Of a DNA stretch of 15,103 bases, positions 1-8,205 are shown piece by piece. How positions within the stretch are numbered: the stretch's first letter is position 1; each line of letters starts with the position of its first letter. The translations under genes and the position numbers were made by a program. Origin of the DNA: Chlamydiota bacterium (GTDB lineage Bacteria > Chlamydiota > Chlamydiia > Chlamydiales > SM23-39); the NCBI GenBank assembly GCA_050049995.1, contig JASFVE010000048.1, forward strand, positions 1 through 15,103. Reading direction: 5' to 3'. The notes below the pieces were generated by a model that saw nothing but the letters and a program-made list of their open reading frames with translations, did not search any database and was not told the origin of the DNA.

Positions 1-137
1 TTGCTATCAGGAAGACCACTGAAATATTTCTTCCAGTCTATAGCATAGTTATACAAAATCCTGATGGATCACAAATGACAACTTACTGGAACGCTCTTAA
101 TGGAAAAAGAATAGATCAACCAATCCATTTTGAATAA
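1..137 (+). CDS. 3' end of a hypothetical protein (partial, runs off the left edge)
   Basis: Frame 3 is open from the window edge: AIRKTTEIFLPVYSIVIQNPDGSQMTTYWNALNGKRIDQPIHFE, then TAA (135-137) and a second stop TGA. The composition is protein-like; no function recognised. Confidence 0.7.
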   Translation, partial: AIRKTTEIFLPVYSIVIQNPDGSQMTTYWNALNGKRIDQPIHFE

Positions 138-200
138 TGAACTAATATTTTTTTAACATATGAAAATATTGACATAAGTTAAAAATGGCTCTTGTTAGGG

Positions 201-229
201 TTGTCTCAAAAACGAAAAATCGTTAATAT
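201..229 (+). promoter_or_regulatory. possible sigma70/sigma66-type promoter for tRNA-Ser
   Basis: TTGTCT (201-206), 17 bp spacer, TAATAT (224-229), ending 17 nt upstream of the tRNA. Only a partial consensus match in AT-rich DNA. Confidence 0.3.
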
Positions 230-246
230 CTGTAACTATTTTTTAA

Positions 247-333
247 GGAAAGATGGCTGAGTGGCCGAAAGCACGTCCCTGCTAAGGACGCATACCCGTG
301 AGGGTATCGAGGGTTCGAATCCCTCTCTTTCCG
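247..333 (+). tRNA. tRNA-Ser (anticodon GCT), CCA not encoded
   Basis: Acceptor GGAAAGA/TCTTTCC plus discriminator G; D arm GCT..AGC with TGG; anticodon stem CGTCC/GGACG with loop CT-GCT-AA (GCT at 281-283); long variable arm ATACCC-GTGA-GGGTAT; T arm GAGGG-TTCGAAT-CCCTC. Confidence 0.98.
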
Positions 334-406
334 AGTTTTTTTAAGCTTTTCTAGTATCTTTTTTTTATCATATTTACGCTGGCTATAGATTAAATAAAAA
401 AATTTA

Positions 407-943
407 GTGAGCCAAATGAGTAATAACAACAAAAATCCTATCCAAAAAAGTGTTAGAATTCTTTTAATTAATGATGATCAAAAGTTACTTTTGATGTGTG
501 CTAATGATCCAAAAACTACCTCTAGAGATGGTTCTTATTATGGGAGATTTTGGTTCCCTATTGGTGGTGAAATTGAACCAGGAGAGTCTTTAATAGAAGC
601 TGCTACTAGAGAACTTAAAGAAGAAACAGGACTTAATAAAGAAGATGTCACTTTTGGCCCTATAGTTTGGTGGGGAAATTTTGAAATGGTAATCAATGGA
701 ATGTTAACTAAGGTGAAACAGAAATTTATTATTGCACATACGAAGAATAAATCAATTACGTTGAAATATCTCACATCAGATGAAAAAAAAGTTATAGAAA
801 AGATTCAGTGGATGAGCTTTGAGCAAATTTGCAATCATAATGAAGTAATTTACCCAGTAGTTTTAAAAGATTACCTACCTAATATTTTAAATAAAAATTA
901 CCCAACTGAGCCTATTTGGATTGATCTTGGTAAAAATCCATAA
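407..943 (+). CDS. NUDIX hydrolase
   Basis: Complete Nudix box GGEIEPGESLIEAATRELKEETGL (GX5EX7REUXEEXGU) preceded by WFP. The start may be ATG 416 rather than GTG 407. Confidence 0.92.
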   Translation: MSQMSNNNKNPIQKSVRILLINDDQKLLLMCANDPKTTSRDGSYYGRFWFPIGGEIEPGESLIEAATRELKEETGLNKEDVTFGPIVWWGNFEMVINGMLTKVKQKFIIAHTKNKSITLKYLTSDEKKVIEKIQWMSFEQICNHNEVIYPVVLKDYLPNILNKNYPTEPIWIDLGKNP

Positions 944-976
944 GAAGAATACACGTTTATAGTATTTATTTTTTCA

Positions 977-1819
977 TTAGAATTGGCATCCAAGACCTAT
1001 TCCGGCAGTTGTTCCATCAAGCTTTAAATTATTTCGGTTTACACCTGAAAAATCAACTTTTCTAGTGCCGTAATCAACAAAAACATCAAAAAAAAGAGGA
1101 TAACCTGGTTTGGGAAATATCCAGAAGCCAGCAGTAAAGCCTCCCCCAATTTTATTTTTAATGACCTTTCTTTGCACAAAGTCAGAATTATTTCTGATGT
1201 GCAGATAAAAATATCTAGCTCCTGCACCCAAGTATGCACTTATATATCTATTAAATTCATAGACTCCTTTCAAACCGAGCGTACCAGTGGCAATAATAAT
1301 ATGTGTTTCTACATCACTATTAACAGCAAGTCCGTCCCTCCAATATGCACCACCTTGCATCCAAATAGCTAACCAATTAATAGGAAAAAACCCTAACTCA
1401 AGCTGCCCGTTAAAGCCGCCAGTTTCATAAATTTGCCTGAGTCTGCTTGATGTAGGGTAAAAATATCCCGGCTTGATGTCAATATAACCTATTCTTGTTT
1501 GCTTACACTTTTTAGAAAGGCAATTTTGATCTCGATCGGGCCTATCTTGATAAAAATTATCATCTACCCAGTAACCTTCATCGATTTCTTCAACATAGTC
1601 ATCGTCAAAATCATAATTTGTTGAAAAACCCTCATTTTTTTCATCATTGCAATCTGTATTTAATGCATAATTTTCGTTTTCTTCTTCATCCACTTGCTCA
1701 TAGTCTTCAAAATCTTCGCTGAATTCGAAATTATCAAATTGATTTGCAAAAGAATCGATTTCGTTTGCCTGACCCACAATATTGAAAGCAAAAAATAATA
1801 ACAGCGATAAATATATCAT
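977..1819 (-). CDS. Outer-membrane beta-barrel protein (OmpA/OmpW-like, ~8 strands) with acidic low-complexity N-terminal region
   Basis: Signal peptide MIYLSLLLFFAFNIVGQA; then a D/E/Y/F-rich stretch; then amphipathic strands (GYIDIKPGYFYP, GQLELGFF, ISAYLGAGARYFY, LFFDVFVDY); C-terminal strand AGIGLGCQF ends in Phe, a BAM-type beta-signal. Confidence 0.75.
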   Translation of the reverse strand: MIYLSLLLFFAFNIVGQANEIDSFANQFDNFEFSEDFEDYEQVDEEENENYALNTDCNDEKNEGFSTNYDFDDDYVEEIDEGYWVDDNFYQDRPDRDQNCLSKKCKQTRIGYIDIKPGYFYPTSSRLRQIYETGGFNGQLELGFFPINWLAIWMQGGAYWRDGLAVNSDVETHIIIATGTLGLKGVYEFNRYISAYLGAGARYFYLHIRNNSDFVQRKVIKNKIGGGFTAGFWIFPKPGYPLFFDVFVDYGTRKVDFSGVNRNNLKLDGTTAGIGLGCQF

Positions 1820-1913
1820 AAAAAATATATGTTTTTCCTTTCTTATATAGAAAATGACATTATATATAAAAATAAAAATTTTTAATAAAAGCTAATATAA
1901 GTTTATCAAAGGA

Positions 1914-3131
1914 TTATTGAATAATCACAAGTGTTCCCGCTCTATTTTCATTACCAAACGTATCTACTGAAGTAACATAATAAGAGTAAACAACACCTGG
2001 TAACCGTTGGTGATCTTCAAATATTGTTCCAGTTGTCGAACCTGCTAAGTCTGTTAAGGTTATATCTCGATAGATATTGAAAGAAACAGCATTTAAAGGG
2101 GAGTCCCAGGTTATTATATTTACAATATCAGTCTGAGTGGGAAATAAAACATCTATTTGTTTTCCCTGTAAATTTGTGGGTGGTGAATTAGGTGCCATAG
2201 ATAGCAACCGAGGACCTGATCCCACAGTTATAGTCTCTAAAATGGCATAAGTAGATGTATTGATAACAGTTACAGTTCCATCATTACCATTTGCAACATA
2301 AGCCTTGCTACCATCAGGAGTTATAGCCACCCCTTCCGGGTTATTTCCAACCATTACTACGGTAATAACATCATTCGATGAAGTGTTGATAATTCTAACG
2401 TCATCAGAAGCACCCTGCTCAACTACATAAAGTTGAGAGCCATCAGGAGTTACAGCTAATCCCAAAGGAAAGTCTCCCACTGAAATGGTGCCAATAATTG
2501 AATTGGAAGAAGTATCAATCACATTTACTGTATCTAAATTTCCATTACCAACGTAGGCCCTTGAACCATCAGGAGTAACAACAACACCTCGAGGTTCTGC
2601 ATTGGGAGCTAATGTAACAGTTGCGATAACAGTATTAGTAGTTGTGTTAACTACACTCACATTATCCGTGCCAAAATTAGGTACATACAGTTTGCTGCCG
2701 TCAGGGGTTATAGCATTTTGATAAGCAGGTTGAGTACCTACTGTTACTGTAGCAATGACAGTATGTGTAGAAGTATCAATGACACTTACATTGTTTGTGC
2801 TAATATTATTTATATACGCCCTAGTTCCATCGGGAGAAAAAACAATCCCCCTAGGGCCTGTTCCTACCGATATAGTAGCTATGACTGTATTAGTAGTTGC
2901 ATCAATCACACTTACATTGTTATCCGAATTATTGGACACATACACAATTCGAGTATTAGGAGATACCGCACTACCAAAAGGTCCATTTCCTACTGATATA
3001 GTAGCTATTACAGTATTAGTACTGGTATCAATCACACTTACATTATCAGAACTAAGATTTGGCACATATACTCTATTACTTAACTGGGCAGACAATGCTG
3101 AAAGAAAAAGAAAAAAGAAAATGTATTTCAT
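1914..3131 (-). CDS. Secreted YVTN/YncE-family 7-bladed beta-propeller protein with C-terminal fibronectin-type-III-like domain
   Basis: Likely start at ATG 3131 (MKYIFFFLFLSALSA, signal peptide). Seven ~42-aa repeats of type xYVxNxxxxxVSVIDTxTNTVIATIxVGxxPxGxxxxPDG. The C-terminus PPTNL..ITWD..FNIYR..FED..YSYYVTSVD resembles FN3. Confidence 0.88.
   Translation of the reverse strand: MKYIFFFLFLSALSAQLSNRVYVPNLSSDNVSVIDTSTNTVIATISVGNGPFGSAVSPNTRIVYVSNNSDNNVSVIDATTNTVIATISVGTGPRGIVFSPDGTRAYINNISTNNVSVIDTSTHTVIATVTVGTQPAYQNAITPDGSKLYVPNFGTDNVSVVNTTTNTVIATVTLAPNAEPRGVVVTPDGSRAYVGNGNLDTVNVIDTSSNSIIGTISVGDFPLGLAVTPDGSQLYVVEQGASDDVRIINTSSNDVITVVMVGNNPEGVAITPDGSKAYVANGNDGTVTVINTSTYAILETITVGSGPRLLSMAPNSPPTNLQGKQIDVLFPTQTDIVNIITWDSPLNAVSFNIYRDITLTDLAGSTTGTIFEDHQRLPGVVYSYYVTSVDTFGNENRAGTLVIIQ
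2863..3048. repeat. 126-bp-period coding repeat (adjacent propeller blades)
   Basis: cctaccgatatagtagctatgactgtattagtagttgcatcaatcacacttacatt at 2863 and cctactgatatagtagctattacagtattagtactggtatcaatcacacttacatt at 2989; offset 126 bp = 42 codons. Confidence 0.85.
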
Positions 3132-3349
3132 AGTATTTCCTAAGAAAATCAATTCATTAAAATATCACAAAGATTTTGCAAAATTATTTTTTGAATTCAA
3201 TTAAAAAAAATAAAAAAAAATTGATTTTTTTAGTTTGATAAAAAGATTTAGGGAAAAATATATCCAGCTACACCTTGAGAAAAACTTTCTTATCTTTTCA
3301 ACAAATAGGCAATGTTTTTAGAATCATTTTTAAATCTGTGTTTTGACCC

Positions 3350-6073
3350 ATGAAAGAAAAGCCCAAAAAAATAAAATCAGCACCTAATTCCAAAGAATCT
3401 GAAATGATGGTTTTAGGTTCCATGTTAACTTCAATTAATAGTTTAAATGTTGCTTGTGATGGGCTTGATAGTGAAGACTTTTATTATTCTGAACATCAAA
3501 TAATCTTTAAAGTAGTACAAGAGCTTTATAAGAAAGACAAGCCTGCTGATATTCATATTGTCAGTGAAGAGCTAAAGCGAATAGAAAAATTAGAAGATGT
3601 TGGCGGAATCAGTTACTTAACAACTCTAGCTCAATATGTGGGAACCTCAGCTTACATTGAAGAGTATATAAAACTGGTCAAAGAAAAAGCCCTTTTAAGA
3701 CGCATGATCGACGCCTCCGAGATCATTGAAAAAAAGGCTTTAGAAGAAACAGAAAATGTTTTTAGTCTTTTAGATGAAGCGCAAAGTTATTTTTACCAAA
3801 TCTCTCAAAGTACGAATTCAGGGTCAGCAACTCATGTAAAAGACTTATTAAGTGGTATAAAAGCGGAATCAAACCTCCCCTATCTTAAAGAATTAGAAGC
3901 AAGACAAGAAAAATTTCAGGAACTTGGAGCAGAAGGGGTAAAAGTCATTGGAATTCCAACTCATTTTACTGACTTGGACAAAATGATAAACGGCCTCAAC
4001 CCATCTAATTTAATGATTTTAGCTGCAAGACCTGCTATGGGAAAAAGTGCTCTTGCAATGGGAATTGTAGAAAATATCTGTTTTAAAAATGAAATTCCTG
4101 TAGGTGTTTTTTCCTTAGAAATGAGTGCCGAACAACTTTTGCATAGAGTCATTTGCTCTCAGGCTGAGGTAGAATCTGAAAAGATTTTAACAGGAGCTAT
4201 TAATGGGCATGAATACCAAAGAATAGTAGCCTGTGTCAATTCCATGCAAAAGCACACTCTTTTAATTGACGACCAACCAGGTCTTAAAATTACCGACTTA
4301 AGAGCAAGAGCTAGAAGAATGAAAGAAAGCTATAATATTGGTTTTCTAATGATAGATTACCTTCAGCTTATTTCAGGATCAGGAAATCAGCGGGCCATGG
4401 AAAATAGGCAAATTGAAATTTCAGAGATTTCAAGAATGTTAAAAAATTTAGCCAGGGAATTAAACGTTCCTATCCTTTGTCTTTCACAGCTCTCAAGAAA
4501 AGTTGAAGAAAGACAAGGGCATAGACCTATGATGAGTGATTTAAGAGAATCGGGCTGCCTTTCAGGAGATACTGTCATAAAAAATGCAGAGACTGGAGAA
4601 CTGCATACAATTAAAGAGTTAGCTGAGAGGGAAACTCAAACTCCTATTTTTGTCCATGCAATAGATGAAAAATTGAAACTAGGAAAACATAAACTTATTA
4701 AAGCATTTTTCTCAGGTAGAAAAACTATTTATAAGTTAACTACTAGATCAGGAAGATCTATTAAAGCGAGTGCTAACCATCCTTTTAGAACTATCAATGG
4801 TTGGGAAAGATTAGACGCGTTAACAAAAGGAACTCATATCGCTATTCCTAGAGAACTTAATCAAAGCAACCCGATAAGTGTCTCCGACGACGAAGCCATA
4901 TTACTAGGCCATCTTCTTGGGGATGGTTGCATTTTACCAAGCCAACCTTATCATTATACTAGTGCAGATTTAGAAAACATAGATATAGTAGCCAATTCTG
5001 CTAAGAATTTATTCCAGATTAAGGAAAAGGTTATTGAGCAAAAAAATTGGTATCATTTGTATTTAAAATCCCCAACGCATACAACTCATGACAAAAAACA
5101 TCCAATTACTAATTGGTACGAAAAACTTGGAATTGAAAGAGTAAGAGCTCCATTAAAAAAAATTCCTAAAGCAATTTTTACATCAAAGAAAAGTACGAGA
5201 AGGTTATTTATTAAGCATCTTTGGTCTACTGATGGAAATATTAGTTCTAAATTAATTAATAAAAGAAAACCTTCTGTATCTATATATTATGCAAGCTCTA
5301 GCGAAGAACTTTCAAAAAGTGTCCAGCATTTACTATTAAGCGTTGGAATTCAAAGTCAATTAAAAGTTGTGCCTTCCAATAAAGGCTATAGAGATATGCA
5401 CCATGTATATGTTTATGGAAAGCATAGCCAAAGCAAGTTTCTATCTGAAATTGGTTGTCATGGATCAAGAGGAAAGTCCATCCCTTCTTTTTTGGAAAAA
5501 TTGAATGAAATAAAGACAAACCCAAACCTTGACATTATCCCCAAAGATATTTGGCATACACACATAAAAAAAGAAAAAGAAGCGAATCAACTGGGATGGC
5601 GAGATATATGCCAAAAATTAAATACTTCTTATTGCGGATCTACTCTTTTCAAATCTGGATTATCAAGACAACGAATGAATAAATTATCATCAGCATTAGA
5701 TTCAGAAACATTAAAGAACTTTGCTGAATCTGGAGTTTATTGGGATGAAATCATATCTATCAAAGAAATCGGTGAAGAAGAAGTTTATGACGCTACAGTT
5801 GAAAATGTCCATAATTTCGTGGCCAACGATATTATTGTACATAATAGTTTAGAACAAGATAGTGACCTAGTAATGTTTTTATTAAGGTCAGAATATTACG
5901 ATCCTTACGACAAACCAGGACAAGCCGAGCTCATCGTGGCCAAAAATCGTCATGGCTCTATTGGAACAATTAATTTAACCTATAGAAAAGAGTTTGTTCA
6001 ATTTGCAAACTTCACATCAGACGATAAATTGGAAGATTCCAACGAAGAAGCCTTCTCAGACTTTTCCCCTTAA
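3350..6073 (+). CDS. dnaB: Replicative DNA helicase DnaB, intein-containing precursor (907 aa; ~477 aa after splicing)
   Basis: Walker A AARPAMGKS, FSLEM, IDYLQL, LSQLSR, RPMMSDLRESG|SLEQDSD (interrupted by the intein), IVAKNRHG. Confidence 0.98.
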   Translation: MKEKPKKIKSAPNSKESEMMVLGSMLTSINSLNVACDGLDSEDFYYSEHQIIFKVVQELYKKDKPADIHIVSEELKRIEKLEDVGGISYLTTLAQYVGTSAYIEEYIKLVKEKALLRRMIDASEIIEKKALEETENVFSLLDEAQSYFYQISQSTNSGSATHVKDLLSGIKAESNLPYLKELEARQEKFQELGAEGVKVIGIPTHFTDLDKMINGLNPSNLMILAARPAMGKSALAMGIVENICFKNEIPVGVFSLEMSAEQLLHRVICSQAEVESEKILTGAINGHEYQRIVACVNSMQKHTLLIDDQPGLKITDLRARARRMKESYNIGFLMIDYLQLISGSGNQRAMENRQIEISEISRMLKNLARELNVPILCLSQLSRKVEERQGHRPMMSDLRESGCLSGDTVIKNAETGELHTIKELAERETQTPIFVHAIDEKLKLGKHKLIKAFFSGRKTIYKLTTRSGRSIKASANHPFRTINGWERLDALTKGTHIAIPRELNQSNPISVSDDEAILLGHLLGDGCILPSQPYHYTSADLENIDIVANSAKNLFQIKEKVIEQKNWYHLYLKSPTHTTHDKKHPITNWYEKLGIERVRAPLKKIPKAIFTSKKSTRRLFIKHLWSTDGNISSKLINKRKPSVSIYYASSSEELSKSVQHLLLSVGIQSQLKVVPSNKGYRDMHHVYVYGKHSQSKFLSEIGCHGSRGKSIPSFLEKLNEIKTNPNLDIIPKDIWHTHIKKEKEANQLGWRDICQKLNTSYCGSTLFKSGLSRQRMNKLSSALDSETLKNFAESGVYWDEIISIKEIGEEEVYDATVENVHNFVANDIIVHNSLEQDSDLVMFLLRSEYYDPYDKPGQAELIVAKNRHGSIGTINLTYRKEFVQFANFTSDDKLEDSNEEAFSDFSP
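4556..5845 (+). mobile_element. Intein (430 aa) with LAGLIDADG homing endonuclease at the DnaB-a site
   Basis: Starts CLSGDT (Cys1, TGC 4556) after ESG. Block B ASANHPF; LAGLIDADG motifs LLGHLLGDG (4901-4927) and FIKHLWSTDG (5207-5236); block F VYDATV; ends HNFVANDIIVHN (AAT 5843-5845) followed by Ser+1 (SLEQD). Confidence 0.97.
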
Positions 6074-6204
6074 AAGGTCATTATATTTTTTTTAAACTAG
6101 CGGTAAATACACTTATTAACCTTCTATTTTTGATAAAAAAAGTTAAGAATAAATTTTTTTTTTACGCCTTTTCTATGATTGCCTAAATTTAAAAAATGAA
6201 CATC

Positions 6205-6233
6205 TTTACAATTAAGCGCCTTAGGCTTATTAT
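6205..6233 (+). promoter_or_regulatory. Putative sigma70/sigma66 promoter for the small ORF-mnmG-lplA unit
   Basis: TTTACA (6205-6210), 17 bp spacer, TATTAT (6228-6233): 5/6 match in each hexamer, 30 nt upstream of ATG 6264. Confidence 0.55.
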
Positions 6234-6263
6234 AAGCAGATAATTTTTGGATTATGGTCTAAC

Positions 6264-6353
6264 ATGTCATCAGTTAAGAAAAAAAGAAGAACAAAGATCG
6301 CAAAGCACAAAAGAAAGAAAAGAAGAAGACGCGATCGTCATAAGAAAAAATAA
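6264..6353 (+). CDS. Small basic protein, bS22 / AURKAIP1-COX24 (mS38)-like ribosomal protein
   Basis: Hand translation MSSVKKKRRTKIAKHKRKKRRRRDRHKKK* (29 aa) fits the family pattern MxSVxKKRRxKxxKHKxKK. It lies behind a good promoter and ends 16 nt before mnmG. Below the ORF-track cutoff. Confidence 0.88.
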   Translation: MSSVKKKRRTKIAKHKRKKRRRRDRHKKK

Positions 6354-6369
6354 TTTCCCCTAGTATCTC

Positions 6370-8196
6370 ATGTGGAAATATCCTAAACCATTCGACGTTA
6401 TTGTGATTGGTGCTGGACACGCTGGTTGTGAGGCTGCTCATGCAGCTGCTAAAATGGGCGTGTCTGTTCTACTTCTTACAATGAGTCTTGATACCATTGG
6501 GAAAATGAGCTGCAATCCATCTATTGGGGGCACTGCGAAAGGGCATATCGTGCGAGAAATTGACGCCCTTGGTGGTCTGATGGGGAAAATAGCCGACCGC
6601 ACTGGCATTCAGTTTAGAATGCTCAATGCTACAAAGGGTCCAGCAGTCAGATCTCCTCGCTGTCAATCAGACAGACTTGCCTATCAAAGCGAGATGAAAT
6701 TTACCCTAGAAAATACTTCCAACTTAGAAATCAAGCAAGGAACTATCGAAAAACTCGATGTCAAAAATGGCAAAATTACAGGAGTTTTTACACAGGAAGG
6801 CATTCACTATTCTGCTAAATCCATAGTTATCTCTTCAGGAACCTTTATGAAAGGACTTATTCACATGGGTCCAGCAAACTTATCAGGAGGAAGAGCTGGG
6901 GAGAAAGCATCGCATGGCTTATCGGCTGATCTCGAACAACTTGGGATTAAGATGGGCCGTTTAAAAACTGGAACACCACCTAGAGTAAATAGTAAGTCTA
7001 TTGATTTTTCAAAGTTAGAAGAGCAGCCAGGCGATGAAGGAGTATATTTTTCTTATGATAAAAAAGAGACAAGACTTCCTCAAATTTCCTGCTTTATTAC
7101 TTATACTTCTGAGCTGACCAAAAAACTTATTCAAGACAATTTGCATTTATCCCCTATGTACTCTGGAAAAATCAAGTCTGTGGGACCAAGATACTGCCCT
7201 TCTATTGAAGATAAGGTTGTTCGTTTTCATGATAAAGAAAGACATCAAATCTTTTTAGAACCAGAAGGGTTAACTACTAATGAAGTATATGTAAACGGAA
7301 TTTCAACAGGACTTCCTTTTGATGTACAAATTAAAATGCTTCACAGCATTCCTGGACTTGAACATGCAGAAATGATGAGACCTGCTTATGCTATTGAATA
7401 TGATTATGCTTTATGCTCCCAAATCTATCCTTCTTTAGAAACAAAAGCGGTTGAAAATCTTTTTCTAGCAGGTCAAATTAATGGAACTACCGGGTATGAG
7501 GAAGCTGCTGCACAAGGATTATTAGCTGGAATAAATGCTGCCTGCAAAGTTTTAGAAAAATCTTCTTTCACACTTAAGAGAAGCGAATCATACATTGGTG
7601 TCATGATAGATGACTTAGTCTCAAAGGAGCTTGACGAACCTTATCGCATGTTTACTTCTAGAGCAGAACACAGACTCCTCTTAAGACAAGACAATGCTGA
7701 CATAAGGCTGAGACACTATGGATATGAACAAGGATTAATATCTGACGAGCAGCTAAAAAACCTAAATGAAAAAAAAGGTCTAATTGAAAAGGAAATAGTA
7801 AGACTAAAAAAAACTTTTAAGACGATCAATGGTAAAAATGCTTCTTTAGCTCAAATTTTGTGTCGCCCTGAAATGAATTTTCAGAAAATGCAGGATCTTT
7901 TTCCAGATGATATGACCGAACTTCCTTATGAAGTACAGTCTCAAATTGAAATGGATCTTAAATATGATGGATATGTTAAAAGACAGCAAAAAGAAATTGA
8001 AAAACTTTCTAATTTAGAAAACATTTCTATTTTTAAAGACTTTGATTTTTCTAAAGTTACGGGTCTTAGAAATGAAGCCAAAGAAAAACTTATCAAATTT
8101 TCTCCACAAAATTTAGCAACAGCTTCAAGAATATCGGGAGTATCCCCTGCTGATATTACTGTTTTGAGGATTGCATTAGAAAGAAGAAAAGCTTAA
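6370..8196 (+). CDS. mnmG: tRNA uridine-5-carboxymethylaminomethyl(34) synthesis enzyme MnmG (GidA)
   Basis: GAGHAG FAD motif, [57 protein letters not shown]. Confidence 0.98.
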   Translation: MWKYPKPFDVIVIGAGHAGCEAAHAAAKMGVSVLLLTMSLDTIGKMSCNPSIGGTAKGHIVREIDALGGLMGKIADRTGIQFRMLNATKGPAVRSPRCQSDRLAYQSEMKFTLENTSNLEIKQGTIEKLDVKNGKITGVFTQEGIHYSAKSIVISSGTFMKGLIHMGPANLSGGRAGEKASHGLSADLEQLGIKMGRLKTGTPPRVNSKSIDFSKLEEQPGDEGVYFSYDKKETRLPQISCFITYTSELTKKLIQDNLHLSPMYSGKIKSVGPRYCPSIEDKVVRFHDKERHQIFLEPEGLTTNEVYVNGISTGLPFDVQIKMLHSIPGLEHAEMMRPAYAIEYDYALCSQIYPSLETKAVENLFLAGQINGTTGYEEAAAQGLLAGINAACKVLEKSSFTLKRSESYIGVMIDDLVSKELDEPYRMFTSRAEHRLLLRQDNADIRLRHYGYEQGLISDEQLKNLNEKKGLIEKEIVRLKKTFKTINGKNASLAQILCRPEMNFQKMQDLFPDDMTELPYEVQSQIEMDLKYDGYVKRQQKEIEKLSNLENISIFKDFDFSKVTGLRNEAKEKLIKFSPQNLATASRISGVSPADITVLRIALERRKA

Positions 8197-8205
8197 AGTG
8201 CAGTT

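Noticed and set aside
169..197. TTGACA at 169-174 as a tRNA promoter -35
   Set aside because: No credible -10 hexamer 16-18 bp downstream.
223..432. 69-aa minus-strand ORF
   Set aside because: Antisense to tRNA-Ser; the RDSNP and CFRPLSH stretches are typical tRNA shadow translations.
2863..3048. Direct repeats considered as a CRISPR array or DGR template/variable repeat pair
   Set aside because: Both copies are in-frame blades of one protein, mismatches are not adenine-specific, and there are no spacers, cas genes or reverse transcriptase in the window.
3173..3200. Palindromes ATTTTGCAAAAT (3173-3184) and TTGAATTCAA (3191-3200)
   Set aside because: They lie in extremely AT-rich, homopolymer-rich DNA where such palindromes arise easily; no other support.
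2718..3204. Plus-strand ORFs 2718..2996 and 2755..3204 with periodic sequence
   Set aside because: Antisense shadows of the YVTN repeat gene; the periodicity mirrors the 42-aa blades.
3296..3324. TTTCAA-17-TAGAAT as the dnaB promoter
   Set aside because: Plausible but the -35 is weak and several similar matches exist in this AT-rich spacer.
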